64,000 nt of DNA, taken from NCBI RefSeq assembly GCF_001194135.2, contig NC_068988.1, positions 1,486,492 through 1,550,491 of the forward strand. Direction: 5' to 3'. A program made the position numbers and the translations under genes. Below are positions 38,742 through 53,275 of the stretch, in pieces. The DNA comes from Octopus bimaculoides. Lineage: Eukaryota. Positions within the stretch are counted from its first letter, which is position 1. Each line of letters starts with the position of its first letter. Under the pieces are notes generated by a model. That model was not told where the DNA came from. It ran no database searches and was given only the letters and a program-made list of their open reading frames with translations.

Positions 38742-39328
38742 TGATGATGCTGATGATAGGCTTCAGCAAATACAAGAATTTGACTGTGGTACTACTTTTA
38801 GTATATTTAACAAGAATTCTTCTTCAGTATTTTTCAAGTGATCTCTTTTAAATTTCTCTGAAGAACTCTTTCTACATAGGTGCACTGTTTAGACTTTATC
38901 GATTGTGTATTCTGTGTTGGCACTGCAACATTGGTCCGCAGGGATTCTGAAATAGTTTTGGTCCACCAGTTTTGTTGAGTCTCGTACATTGATCCTTGTA
39001 CATTAAAAGCAGGGCATAAAAAATGGGCCAGTGGCGACGAAGTGGGGGTGGGGTGTTTACACAACCCTATAAAATATAAATAATAATAATAATAATAATA
39101 AGGGACATTTTTCAGAAAGTTTTAAGAGATCTAATCTGTCCCCAAGAAGACATTCACTAATAATATGCCTCATTTGATCCCTTTTCTGTCTAAAACATTT
39201 CCATAAGTTTCTCCTAAACAACCAAACTTGTTTTCAGACTTTCAATTAACCCTTGTTTTATACGTTCAGAGTTAAAATAAATCTTTCCTCTTCCTTAAAA
39301 CTGCTGGTTTTGTGTCGAAATTTGAAGA

Positions 39329-39364
<36 letters not shown>

Positions 39365-39486
39365 GGTTGACTTTGCCTTTCATCCTTTCGGGGTCAGTAG
39401 ATTGAGTACCAGTGAAACACTGAGGTTGATGTAATCATCTAACGCCTTCTCCACAAATTTCAGACCTTGTACCTATAATAGAAAGG

Positions 39487-39544
<58 letters not shown>

Positions 39545-39545
<1 letters not shown>

Positions 39546-39990
39546 CACTAAAATACAAATCTTGTATTTTGAGCACACTTTTGAACGAGGCAGAAGCATG
39601 GACTCCCTATTACAGACATATGAAGAAACTTGAAACCTCTCACATGTGTTGTTGTCTGTGCATTATCTGCAACACAAAATGGCAAGATATCAAATGTCGA
39701 AATCTTAGAAGAATCTGATACTCTTCCGGTCTCCAAAGTTTGCTGATGAGAATTCAGTGCAGATGGGTAGGGCATGGTGTTCGAATGAAAAGTGACTGCA
39801 TTCCAAAAGTGCTTTTGTATGGCCAACAAGTGGAGGGATATTGTGGCAGAGGAAGACCTGTCCTTCGGTATAAGTTGAAGCAATCACTAAAATCTCTAGA
39901 GTTTAACTTGACATCTTGGGAAAGTCGTTGCTTAAATCCGTCTGAGTGGCATAAAATGTGTCAGGATGCATCCAAGCAATTTGAGCTGAA
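39545..39990 (+). mobile_element. RTE/BovB-like LINE ORF C-terminal fragment (frameshifted)
   Basis: ILSTLLNEAEAWTPYYRHMKKLET...RWVGHGVRMKSDCIPKVLLYGQQVEG..GRGRPVLRYK...SWE.....SEW. Confidence 0.88.
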
Positions 39991-41292
39991 GAAAAAGAAC
40001 ACTAGAAGTACTAGAACCTGCAACCAGCAGACAAATTTACCCAGTCCCTCCTGCATGACTTTACTTGGTACATGCTCATACCAGTTCTCTGTTACTTCAT
40101 ATTGGTATTTACAGCAGAAGAGCCAATGAAGATACACACACACTTTACCGTGGTAGCACTTGCATTCTTTTTGCGCAAGGCTCTCACATCCACTTCCCAA
40201 GTGGGTCACGTTTCCACGCTCTTCCCACAGAGTCTGCATTATTATTATCATCATCATTATTATTATTATTGCACAGAGATTATATAAATACCGAGTATAC
40301 CGTAGCAGTTATCTGTATTGATTGTCCACTTCTGCATGTTTTTTTTTTTTCTTAATCATTCCAATTTTAAAACATATTTACTAAGTGTGTGTCATTAGGA
40401 AGATTAATGATTATTATCAAATCTGAAGCAGATTAACTAATTTTCATATTAACCGAGCAACCTTAATTGCGCACATGGTGCAGGCCTCACATTTGCAGAA
40501 ACCTCTTCCAAAATGTTTCATGACTGTGAGGTCAAGTAGCTCCCTTTGGAACACTTGGTGTTTGGGTTCAATCCCACTGTCCAGCATCCTTGGTCAATGT
40601 CTTCTGCAATAGCCTCAGGTTAACTAATGCCTTGTGAGTGAATTTGGCAAGTGGAAATTGTGTGCGTGTGTGTGTCCTTCAAATATACAATTGGATCTGT
40701 AGAAATAATTTCCCTTTCTAGGGAAGCCATTAGCAACTGGCTTCTTCCCTCTGCCTCCTTTTATATTCGCTGATAATTCTAATTAACCACCCACCCACCC
40801 ACATACATACATGTCCTTCAAATATGCAGCTGGATACGTTAGCAACAATTATGATTCAATAAAACGGCCAGGTTTGTTCTAAATAAGGCTTCCTTTTCTG
40901 TGGTCTTTATTGTAAAATCTACCCTGATGGATAATTAATATCATATTCCCTCTGTATACACAGAGAGAGAATATGTGTGTGGCTCTGACTGCACCATAGC
41001 TCAATGAGGTCTGTCACTTTCAAATAAAGTGTTGAAAATATTTCTTTTCTCTCATCTGAAAGATTCCACTTCTGCCCATGAGACAAACTTATCCAAACTC
41101 ACAAACTTCTCTCTGATATTTTCACTGACACAAACCAGCATCACTGCCAAACTCTCCAAACTCCAACTTATACTCTTTGTTCAACCAAACCAAGACAAAC
41201 CCATCCAACCCATAATTTTATTTTGTGAACATCTTCAGGTCTGTTATCAACTAATCTAGTAATGTTCTGGTGATGTATATCTGTTTATTGTC

Positions 41293-41328
<36 letters not shown>

Positions 41329-41522
41329 GTGTGTGTGCATATATCTATATGTATGTGTGTATGTGTATGAATACACTCTCGGAGTGGTTGGTGTTAGGAA
41401 GGGCATCCAGCTGTAGAAACACTGTCAGATCTGACTAGAACCTGGTGCAGCCTCCTGGCTTCCCAGACCCCAGTCAAACCATCCAACCCATGCCAGCATG
41501 GAAAATGGATGTTAAAGGATGA

Positions 41523-41565
<43 letters not shown>

Positions 41566-42432
41566 NNNNNNNNNNNNNNNNNNNNNNNNNNNNNNNNNNN
41601 NNNNNNNNNNNNNNNNNNNNNNNNNNNNNNNNNNNNNNNNNNNNNNNNNNNNNNNNNNNNNNNNNNNNNNNNNNNNNNNNNNNNNNNNNNNNNNNNNNNN
41701 NNNNNNNNNNNNNNNNNNNNNNNNNNNNNNNNNNNNNNNNNNNNNNNNNNNNNNNNNNNNNNNNNNNNNNNNNNNNNNNNNNNNNNNNNNNNNNNNNNNN
41801 NNNNNNNNNNNNNNNNNNNNNNNNNNNNNNNNNNNNNNNNNNNNNNNNNNNNNNNNNNNNNNNNNNNNNNNNNNNNNNNNNNNNNNNNNNNNNNNNNNNN
41901 NNNNNNNNNNNNNNNNNNNNNNNNNNNNNNNNNNNNNNNNNNNNNNNNNNNNNNNNNNNNNNNNNNNNNNNNNNNNNNNNNNNNNNNNNNNNNNNNNNNN
42001 NNNNNNNNNNNNNNNNNNNNNNNNNNNNNNNNNNNNNNNNNNNNNNNNNNNNNNNNNNNNNNNNNNNNNNNNNNNNNNNNNNNNNNNNNNNNNNNNNNNN
42101 NNNNNNNNNNNNNNNNNNNNNNNNNNNNNNNNNNNNNNNNNNNNNNNNNNNNNNNNNNNNNNNNNNNNNNNNNNNNNNNNNNNNNNNNNNNNNNNNNNNN
42201 NNNNNNNNNNNNNNNNNNNNNNNNNNNNNNNNNNNNNNNNNNNNNNNNNNNNNNNNNNNNNNNNNNNNNNNNNNNNNNNNNNNNNNNNNNNNNNNNNNNN
42301 NNNNNNNNNNNNNNNNNNNNNNNNNNNNNNNNNNNNNNNNNNNNNNNNNNNNNNNNNNNNNNNNNNNNNNNNNNNNNNNNNNNNNNNNNNNNNNNNNNNN
42401 NNNNNNNNNNNNNNNNNNNNNNNNNNNNNNNN

Positions 42433-42476
<44 letters not shown>

Positions 42477-42791
42477 TGTATATATAGTTCTTTATCACCA
42501 AATTCAAATGTCACTTTTCATAAAATTTTCTCCATAACATTTCTTCTTTTTCTTCCTGCTGACTTATGAAACTGAGATAAACTTGGTTGTTGTTGTTGCT
42601 GCTGTTATTGTAGTTGTTGTTGTTGTTGTATATGCTACAACAACCACAGCCCTCACCCCCAGTGCCATTGTTGTTACTACCACCACCACCACCACCATCA
42701 TGATGAGCCTTTTTTGGATTTTGTTATAATGATTTTTTTTCTATCTTGCTACTTTTGATAATTTTCTTAGACATACCCACCAGAATACATG

Positions 42792-42823
<32 letters not shown>

Positions 42824-42980
42824 AATGTACATTTATGTCTGTATTTATATGTGTGTATGTACACAAGAACAAATGCATACACATGTATATACATGTAGCA
42901 AAACATGACCACCCAGATGACCCATGGTTTTATGTATATTAATGCAGATAACAATCAGCTTATATATGTATATATATATA

Positions 42981-43069
<89 letters not shown>

Positions 43070-44275
43070 GGCCATCAAATTATTGATTTTTCTCTTTCTT
43101 CAGAGTCGTGCTGGTTTTTCCTTTATCTCCATAACTGGAGGTTTCTGCCTTATTTTCTCTCGTTAACAGCTTTTGGCTAGAATTGATACTCAGAGGTTCT
43201 CTATGTTTTTATCTTTTACTTATTTCTGTCATTGGATGGCAGCCATGCTGGAGCACTGCCTTAAAGGGTTTTGTAGTTGAATGTATCAACCCCAGTACCT
43301 CTTTTTTTTTGCCAAACCAAAATGTTATGGGGATGTAAATAAACCAACCCCAGTTGTCAAACAGTGATGGGAGACAAACACTCACACAGATACATACATA
43401 CACTCATACATATTTGTACATATGATGGGCTTCCTTTAGTTTCTATCTTCCAAATCCACTCACAGTACTTTGGTTGGCCCAGGGCTATAGTAGAAAATGC
43501 TTGCCATGCAGTAGGACTGAACTCAAGACCACATGGTTAGGAACCAAACTTCTAATCACAGAGCCACACCTGTGCCTACTAAACTTTATATATTTATATA
43601 AGAAGTAATGAAAAATTGCAAAAGCAAATTTATTGTTAATTCTAAAAATTTACCGTTTTCCACTTCTAGAAATTTCCACCGTTCTACTCCCCCCCCCCCN
43701 NNNNNNNNNCCTCTGCTTAGTTGTCTTCTTTATCACATCTATCTCCGTTTTTATACTAATTCCCAAATGAAGTTGTTTGATCTTTTTAATTTTTTTTTTT
43801 ACTGTTTTGCTTAGTTTTCCATTGAGATAGACATCTCTGAAATATCAGTAAATATTGGTTTTTTTTCTCTTCTTTCCCTTGTCTCTACGATAACACCCTC
43901 AGTTTCTTTTGAATTATTGACGAAATGGTGAAGAAGATTTCTTCAGAATATTTAACTGCGCTTATGTCTGTAAGTGTAGAATAAATATCGGTTAGATTTT
44001 ACTACTGTTAGTAGGAAGTTAACCCTAACCAGAATTGTTGGCTTCAAAACCAATAGCATTAATTACATAAACACATCCTATGAGCTAATTAAGCATATTA
44101 GGTAATTAATTTGGGAATGGCTGTGTGGTAAGAAACTTGCTTTCCAACCACATGCTTCTGGGTTCAGTTCATCTACATGGCATCTGGGACAAGTATCTTT
44201 TACTATAACCTTGGGCAACCATACCCTTGCATGTGGATATGATAGATGGAAACTGAAAAAAGTCTGTCATGCATG

Positions 44276-44306
<31 letters not shown>

Positions 44307-47300
44307 ACAGAGAGAATAGATAGGGATAGTATATCTATGCAGGTACAGTTCGAGCACTCTATTATAATCCAAGTTATGACTAACTGCATTGAATGGTAAG
44401 GAACAACCAAGGATTATCCCAGTAAAACAATCTCAATGTATTTCATCCAAAGGTTAAATCCTGGATTCACTTCTTTGGATTTTAAATAGTTTTCAGAAAA
44501 TTCAAATAAAGAGAATTGACCCTAAGGTTTGAAATTCAAATCAAGAATACCAGGTCCTAAACTGGGTCAGGGTATATTATTTTGTCCACTGGCCTTAAAG
44601 GAAAATATTACAGAGACAGATGTGTACAATTAAGGGTCACAAAATGAAAAGGAATTTACATTTGGAAAACCATCCTCCAAGTTATAGAATACAGAACAAA
44701 GAATTATTTCATATGTGAAGTTTTACATATGAAGAATAATTGGAGAAGGATTATTACAAGGATAAAGACAAACTAGACATTGCACTAATATTTACCATGC
44801 AAACTCTAGCACCGCCAATCTCTGTGGTATTTACTTCATTAAAAATCTTTCCTAGTGATATATTTGCATGATTTTTTGTGTATGCGTGCATGTTTTAGGG
44901 CAGATTCCTTATTGCTATTTAAGAACTGGTATTTAGGCATGAAAATAGAATATTTCTTCCAGGCATAATTAGCATTTCTTACCTCTAAATGACATGTTTT
45001 TGCCCCACCCATAATTTCTCATAGCACACGCTTAAGTGAGTCTATTTGGTCCTTAAGGGATAGAATCACTAACTTTGATATAGAATGGGAAGTCAACAGG
45101 CTGGGTAAAACCTTACTTAATTGGAGGTAAGAAATGCAATTTATGCCCGGAAGAAATATTCCATATTTTCACATCTGTGTATGCATGTGTATGTATGAAA
45201 CAGTAGAATCATTGTATTTTAATACCCTCTTTTTTCCTTGCTCATATGTGTCGGATGGAATTTGTGGAGGTGAATTTTCTCTAGCCAGATGCCCTTCCTG
45301 TTGGCACCTGTTGTGAAGTAAAGTAATATTTCCCCATGGCCAGACATATTTTTACAGAAGACTGGAAAGGAAGAACATTGCTTGTATGACAATAACATTC
45401 ATTTACAACTATCATGTGATATCAAGAGAAGAAGACAGTAACACACACACACACACACACACACATACACACACAAGCATATATCTAGATACCTGTGCTG
45501 GTGTCACATAAAAAACACCTGTACTGGTGCCATGCCAAAAGCGCCCATGCTGGTGCCTCTTAAAAAGCTCCCAGCCCACTCTGTAAAATGGTTGGTGTTA
45601 AGAAGGGCATCTGGCTGTAGAGAAACCAGACAAAACAGACAATTGAAGTTGGGTTCAGCTCTCTGACGTGCAAGCACCAGTCAAACCTTTCCAACCCATG
45701 CCAGCATGGAAAACAGACATTGAATGATGGTGGTGATGATGATGATATACACATATAATGAGCTTTCATTTTCTGTTAACCAAATCCAATCACAAGGCTT
45801 TGGTCAACCTTGAATATGAGTAAAAATGTAGTGTTAGTTTATGGCCTCACATAATAAATATAAAAACATTTAAATGTTGGAATAAATTATTTTGCAGTGA
45901 GGGAAAGAGATCCAATGTTTTGGGCAGATTCTTTCAACTGAAAAATATTGGATATTTATTAGTAATGCGGAATAAACGGAATGGAAGGAGAGAGAGAGAG
46001 AGAGAGATTAATAGTGAATAGGCAGAGAATATTGAGGCTAGATGTTCTCAGAGAAAATGTCTAATGAAGAAGTGATGAGCCAGGCTGCAGTAAATAGGAA
46101 ACTGCTTTGTGAGATAAGGGCCAAAGGAGTGAGATTTCTTGGTAATGGGATGAGGAAAATAGGGTTTGGAGAATTTAGTGATGATCGGTAATGGTGAACC
46201 TATGACATGTGGGTCAGCTGCTACATGTTGAGAGGTTTTTATACATGAAAATGGTGATAAGATGGAGAAGAAGAGTGCTTTGTTGCTGAAAGTAAAGTGA
46301 TATAAATGACTAATTACTGAATCTTCACAAATTCTTCATCCATTTGCTTCAGTTCTCATTCCTAGTCTTTAGACAATTATGAAAAATAAGATTGGACACT
46401 AGAAGTGCAGTGTCATATAAACAGTTTATGAATAAAACATTTCCTCTGATTAAAATAAATAAACGCGCACATACATGTATGTATTTATTTTAGTGACATT
46501 ATGAAATCGTTTAATATTTACATTTCAGGTCTGCATAGTATATAAGAAATGCACCCATTATATAAAACTTCTTCAGTCAAAGCATTTCAAAATATGTAAG
46601 GGATCATATATATAGGCAAAGTGGCTGAGTTCCTTTTAAATGGGCCTCTCTTAGGTGAGGTGGTTGAGTCCCTTTCGAGTATTGAGACTCATGGAGGCGG
46701 AGTGGCTGAGTTCCTTTTGAGTGTTGGGTCTCACGGAGGCAATGGCCAAGACCTTTGGCGTTATGTCATGCAAAATCAGAGTTGTGGAAAATACCAGTGT
46801 CATGCAAATGGCACCCATGCCAGTGGCACATAAAAGCACCCGACTCTTGCCAGCATGCAAAATGGACACCGAATGATAATAATAATGATGATGATGATGA
46901 TGGCATGTGGTGTCCTAAAACACTGCTCCCCACAAAAGAGAACCATGATGAGACTGTCATGGGTCCACAAAGCTGGCCCTCAATTTATCAGTTTGAATAA
47001 TCTTAAAGTATTTGTTATTGTTGCTGCTGCCACTGTTGTTGTTCTTCTTCATATGACCATAACAATGAATATGTATTTATATTCTACTTTTCCTGGAATT
47101 TTTTTAAAGCTATTTCTCCATCTTGTCACGCTATAGACCAAAAAACACATATTCACCTTCAAAATTAAAAACTTGTAATGGTTTAATCTTGTGATTATGA
47201 CTAACTAACTTGGTATAAAAGCCAAAACTGAAGCATTGATATACACCAATATATTTCAAGTGTTTCTTTGCTAGAAATACTGAGGGGAAAGAAATCAATG

Positions 47301-47585
47301 TTCTATTGACTAACTTGTACCCAAAATGTTTAGAATTACCAGAAATAAAAGGAAAAAAAAATGAGTGAAACTGTGTTTATTCTCATTGTTTTAGATATTT
47401 TCTGGTGCCTGTCAATATCAGTGTGTGTGTGTGTTTGCATATATGTATGTGTGTGTGTATATGTTGATTAAATTCTCATCATGGAAACTATCCAACTTGT
47501 ACACCAAGTGACCTTCTTTTAGTCATAAATGAAAGCAGCCAAGAGATTGGAAATGAGTGCAGCAAATGTTCTGCCGACTCATATC

Positions 47586-47635
47586 TATATTTTCTATCAC
47601 TGCCTGCTCTTTACCTGTGTGTGCGTGCATGTGTG

Positions 47636-47678
<43 letters not shown>

Positions 47679-47731
47679 GCACACACACACACACACATAC
47701 AGGTAAAGAGCAGGCAGTGATAGAAAATATA
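47586..47731. repeat. Fold-back: perfect 33-bp unique arms around a (GT)n(AT)n(AC)n palindrome
   Basis: 47586-47618 is the exact reverse complement of 47699-47731. Confidence 0.9.
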
Positions 47732-49218
47732 TATATATAAAATCATTTAACGTTTGTCTTCCATACTGACATGGCTTGAACGGTTTGACATGGAGTTGGC
47801 AAGCTGGAGAGCTGCAAGAGAGAGAGAGAGAGAGAAAGAAAGAATGAGAGAGATAGGTACATGTGTATTTTTATATAGATAGATAGATAGATAGATTGAT
47901 TTAATATTTCACTTAGATATTGCAATAGCAATAACCTGGTGTTAGAACTCAATATACACCTGCTTGGGAACGAAGTGTCAATCAAGTACAGAGCAGTAAA
48001 TAAGAAACTGAGATGAGAAAGGAAGAAACAATTATGTTGTGTGTGTGTGTGGTTATTATATCTGATTCAACATAGCTCCCTGCAAGTATGTATTGAGTAC
48101 TTCACTGTTTTCTCCTCATAAAAAAAACAACCCATATACATAGACACACACTTCATACTCTATTGTATGCTATAAACCGACAATTTAATACGCATTCCCC
48201 TCTCAGTTTCTGTGTGTTTATACTTAACATTGCAACACTGCTGCATCTAGTGAAATTTCCACATTATTTTGTCACTCTTCAGTAAGCATCCTATTGATTT
48301 GTCCCGTATGATGTCAGTTTCCTTTCTGATCAATTAAAAACCTTACCATACTTGCTGTCGAGATGAGATACGGAGTGTCGACAAATGAAATGTTCCTCTG
48401 TTCTCTTTTTAGTCGTACATCAAATAATATCATCAAATTATGTTATTGTAACATTTACAATATAGACTCAATACATTGATTCTAATGATGTTTAGTTTGT
48501 ATCCAACATCATATGTTTAACATATGTTATTGATTAACATTATAAAAATGGAATAAAAAATATTTCTAAATTTACATGTAGGGTGTAGCAAAATAGCTTT
48601 GCATATTCACAGTTCTTGATAACCATTTCGACTATATACAATGTCAACCAGTGCAAGATCTTGATAGTATTTGGATAAAAGAAAAATGGTGAACCATTAC
48701 CTATGTGAAGATCTAATTTTCATCTGTCTAACTTCAGTAGCACCATATCAATAACTGTATAAAATGCTGGAGGTTTTTCTGCCGCACTTCATAGTTTTCT
48801 ATTGTTGGAGCACTACAGACTATATTTTGGAACTATTATTCTTGTAGAGAATGGTAGCCTGCTTGACTAAATGGTTAGAGTACCTGACTAGATACCCTGT
48901 AGCATTTAATTTCATTTTGAGCTCAAGAATTACCAGAATCAACTTTGTCTTTAGTTCTTCCTGGGTTAATAAAATAAGTTGCAGGAATTTTGTATTTGAA
49001 CTCAAGATATAAAGTCTCAAGAGATGCCACTAAGTGTCAGGAAAAGTGCTAAGTGGCATTTCTTCCAACTTTACAATCTGAGTTCAAATGCTGCCAGTGT
49101 CGACATTGCCTTTCATCCTTTCAGGGTTGATGAAATAAAGGAACAATCAAGAATTGGAGTTGATGTAATTAACCAGCCCCACCCTCCCACCTTATGTCTA
49201 TAGTAGTTAGGATCATCA

Positions 49219-49263
<45 letters not shown>

Positions 49264-49668
49264 GGTGAGCTGGCAGAATCGTTAGCACACCAGGTGAAAT
49301 GCTTAGTGGTATTTCATCTGCTGCTACGTTCTGTGTTCAAATTTCACTGAGGTTGACTTTGCCTTTCATCCTTTCGGGGTCAATAAATTAAGTACCAGTT
49401 GAGTACTGGGGTCGATATAATCAACTATACCTTTCCCTAAAATTTTAGGCTTTGTGCCTTTAATAGAAAGGGTTATTATTATTATTTATTCTTTTTATCT
49501 CAGGTTGTTTTTGTAATTCCTGGAGTCATGCATAGCAAGCTTTACTACCTGCAGCCTACGGTACCATGCTATCCACTCTTTTCAGATTTCTAATACTTTC
49601 CTGATTATTCTGGCCATGCCAAGGAGGCAAAACTTTTGTTACAGTTCTTTTATATTCCTCTTGATGCT

Positions 49669-50737
49669 CGGTAGTAGCTCCACTCTAGCGTTCTATAGAG
49701 GGTTAGTGAGAGAAAAGTGCGACGACGTTCTCGGGGAAACTCTAGGCATCGAGGAGAACTTTCGGGCCGGGGCCCATGGATAATTTCCAAAGGTCCCTCG
49801 CCTGGCAGTGCTACCGAGGTGCGCTACCTGTTCGAGATAAACTCTACCGACATGGAAGTGCCGTCAACCGGGCCTGCTCGAGGTGCGCTCAGGACGACGA
49901 AACCGTTCTGCACACACTCGTCCAGTGCCCAAGCATTGCTGACCTGTGGGTTTATATCGAACAGCTACTGTCACATGTAGGACNNNNNNNNNNNNNNNNN
50001 NNNNNNNNNNNNNNNNNNNNNNNNNNNNNNNNNNNNNNNNNNNNNNNNNNNNNNNNNNNNNNNNNNNNNNNNNNNNNNNNNNNNNNNNNNNNNNNNNNNN
50101 NNNNNNNNNNNNNNNNNNNNNNNNNNNNNNNNNNNNNNNNNNNNNNNNNNNNNNNNNNNNNNNNNNNNNNNNNNNNNNNNNNNNNNNNNNNNNNNNNNNN
50201 NNNNNNNNNNNNNNNNNNNNNNNNNNNNNNNNNNNNNNNNNNNNNNNNNNNNNNNNNNNNNNNNNNNNNNNNNNNNNNNNNNNNNNNNNNNNNNNNNNNN
50301 NNNNNNNNNNNNNNNNNNNNNNNNNNNNNNNNNNNNNNNNNNNNNNNNNNNNNNNNNNNNNNNNNNNNNNNNNNNNNNNNNNNNNNNNNNNNNNNNNNNN
50401 NNNNNNNNNNNNNNNNNNNNNNNNNNNNNNNNNNNNNNNNNNNNNNNNNNNNNAAAAGGAGAAAGGGCTCTATACCCCTTTCTTATTTTTTCTGACCAGG
50501 CTCCCATGGTTTTATGGGTTTTTCCACGTGTAACCTTTCCTTTTTCGAAGCGCCTCCCCCTTTGGGAGTTCTACTTATTTATTTATCTATTTATTTATTA
50601 TATCTTTCTCCGTTTTCTTCTTCTGCTTAGACGAACTTTCCTACCTTTTCGGACAAAACCTTTTGTAACCTTCGTCCTGTCTTTGTCCTTATATGTTTTT
50701 AATTGATATTAGCCCTTGTGGCCAATAAAACGAATTA

Positions 50738-50773
<36 letters not shown>
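49669..50773 (+). mobile_element. 5'-truncated L1/Tx1-like LINE (C-terminal zinc-finger region, 3' UTR, AATAAA, (ATT)n tail)
   Basis: RSLAWQCYRGALPVRDKL...CSRC..DETVLHTLVQC...LW is a zf-RVT-like CxxC..H...C motif; N gap inside; AATAAA at 50723. Confidence 0.85.
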
Positions 50774-50775
<2 letters not shown>

Positions 50776-53154
50776 GTCTCAGTGAAAATCAAACAATGAT
50801 TTTCTGCACATAATGTTACTAAAGGTTTCGAACAAATCTGGGTCTCCACAGTCCCCAGAGGAGCTGTGATAGAAGGTGAATAAAAGCTATCAAAGTGAAT
50901 TGGCAGTGGAGTGGGGTGCAATTTCTCACTAAAAGAAAGTCCACAATGATGATGATGATGATGATGATAAGCATTTTTTTTTTTTTACATTTCTGATGTT
51001 GATAAAATAAATATAAGATTAAAATCTCCCAAAACAGACATAAACACCATCTTTATAGTAAATTGCTGTTTGTTTACCGTTATTCATCTCAATGTTCATA
51101 AACTTTTAAAGCTTAATGGCTTGTATTCATCGAGGTAAAAATAAACATGATGATTCTAATTATTTTTGGTTTGGCATCATAAGCTTCCCCTGACTGAATC
51201 GTTAGTGCTGTCATCAAATAACGATACATGTCATTCTAAATATCAAGTTGGATCTGTGCAAGGATCTTGATAAAAATCAACCAATCATCTTTCAAGAATT
51301 TCTCTCTTTAAACCTTTATGACATTGATAAATTGAGTTGGCATAGCATTTTACAATAATTAAAGTTGGTGACAACACATCATGAAAATAAGGTCAGGCTG
51401 GCCTATTTTGTTTTTTTTTTGTTTTTTTCCTTATGATTATGGAACATAAAATCTAGAGTCAGGTGGTACAACCACCATCCTCTTCATTGTTTAATGTCCA
51501 TTTTTCCATCCATTCATAAGTTAAATGGAATTTATTGAGGCAGATTTTCTATAGCTGGGTGCCTTTCCTGTCACCAACATTCATTCATTTCCAAGCATGG
51601 TAATAGTGTTTTTCATCGAATATTACATACAAACAACACTGCTTGTATGACAGTGATGCTCATTTACAACCATCACATGCTGTTAAATCAGGGGTACACA
51701 CACAAACACACACACACACACACACACAGACGGACCTCTTTCAGGTTCCATCTACTAAATCCACTCGACAAGGCTTTGGAATAATGTACTTACCCAAGGT
51801 ACCACACTGAGGAACCAAAACCCATGCCTGCACCTTCATTCTAATGGAAAAACATTTAGACCTCAAATATCTTTCTCTTTATTTCCTTGTCTTATCTGGA
51901 TGAAAGGCAAAGTTGACCTCAGTGGAATTTGAACTCAGAATGTAAAGACAGTCGAAATACCACTAAGCATTTCGCCTGGCGTGCTAACCTCTCTGCCAGC
52001 TCCCCCCCTGCCTTACTAAGCCATAAATATTAAACAAACACAAGAACAAGGTTTAAAAATTCTTGGTTTTTCTGGTACACTAGGTCGACAGGAGTTGATG
52101 TCAGTTTGCTCATGTTGTGAACTGCATTGAAAATTAACTGTATTTATTAAAACCTTCTGCTTCATTGCACCAACAAAAGCAATCACATAATTGACCTGAG
52201 CTGATCTAAACTTATTGATCCTGCAGCATCTGGATTATTGAGGACAGTTAACTGGAAGATGATCTCTTTAGTTAACTTTTTGTCAAAGAAGATATGTTTG
52301 CATAATTTCTTAACCTAGTCATGAAGACGTGTGTGTATGTGTGTGTTTTCCAGGGTGTGGTGGGGGTGACCAGTTTAAAAGATGTTGTGTCCATCTGCTT
52401 AGAATAAAGAACACATAGATAAGTCTGAGAGTGAATAAAATATTTAATCCGTAATCGTTTGTCTAATACAATTATATTTTGTCAAACTAACAACTATCAT
52501 CATCATTATCATCATCATCATTTAACGTCTGTTTTCCATGCTGGCATGGGTTGGACAGTTTGACAAGAACTGGCAAGGCCAGAAGACTGTGCCAAGCTAT
52601 ATTGCTTGCTTTGGTATGGCTTCTACAGTTGGATGCCATTCCTAACGCCAACCACTTTACAGAGGGTACTGGATGCTTTCTACATAACTCCAGCACCTGT
52701 GGGGGTCACCAAGTAACTTGCTAAACAAACCCCCCTCAACTGGGAAGGGGAGTGGTATTGAGGGGGGGTGGCTTTGTGCCAGGATTTTATAATGAAGGGT
52801 GGATGTTAAACAATGATGATGGTGATGATGATGATCTGCCATCTTCATCGTTGTCATTATTTAACATTCTTACTTTCCATGATTGCATGGGTTGGATGGA
52901 ATTTGTTGAGACAGATTCTTCCATGGCTCAATGGAACTCTCACCTGTTTCAAAGTAAGCCAATATTACCCTCTGGCCATTTTTATTTACCAAATTCACTC
53001 ATATGGCTTTGGTTGGCCCTAGGTTACAGTTGAAGACACCTGTCCAAGGTGTTTTGGTGTGGGGCTGAACCTGAGACCACGTTTGTGTAGCAAAATTCAA
53101 CTGTGTCTGCATGGCTATATATTTATAGCTCCTAAACAATGACTCTAAATTACT

Positions 53155-53275
53155 TGTTGATAACCATTAATGTGTCTATAAATTCATGTACACATAACCA
53201 TTAATGTGTGTATGATATTGTCTATGCAACCATTAATGTGTGTATGATATTGTCTATGTAACCATTAATGTATCT
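53155..53275. repeat. ~31-bp tandem repeat
   Basis: aaccattaatgtgtgtatgatattgtctatg repeated about 4 times. Confidence 0.85.

Noticed and set aside
41474-42537. ORFs over 300 aa (also at 31422-31990, 49946-50533, 59900-60610 and 61044-61728)
   Set aside because: They are open only because they run through N gaps.
46529-46595. 67-nt segment with good acceptor and gtaagg donor
   Set aside because: Frame-shifting, no dystrobrevin similarity, no other support.
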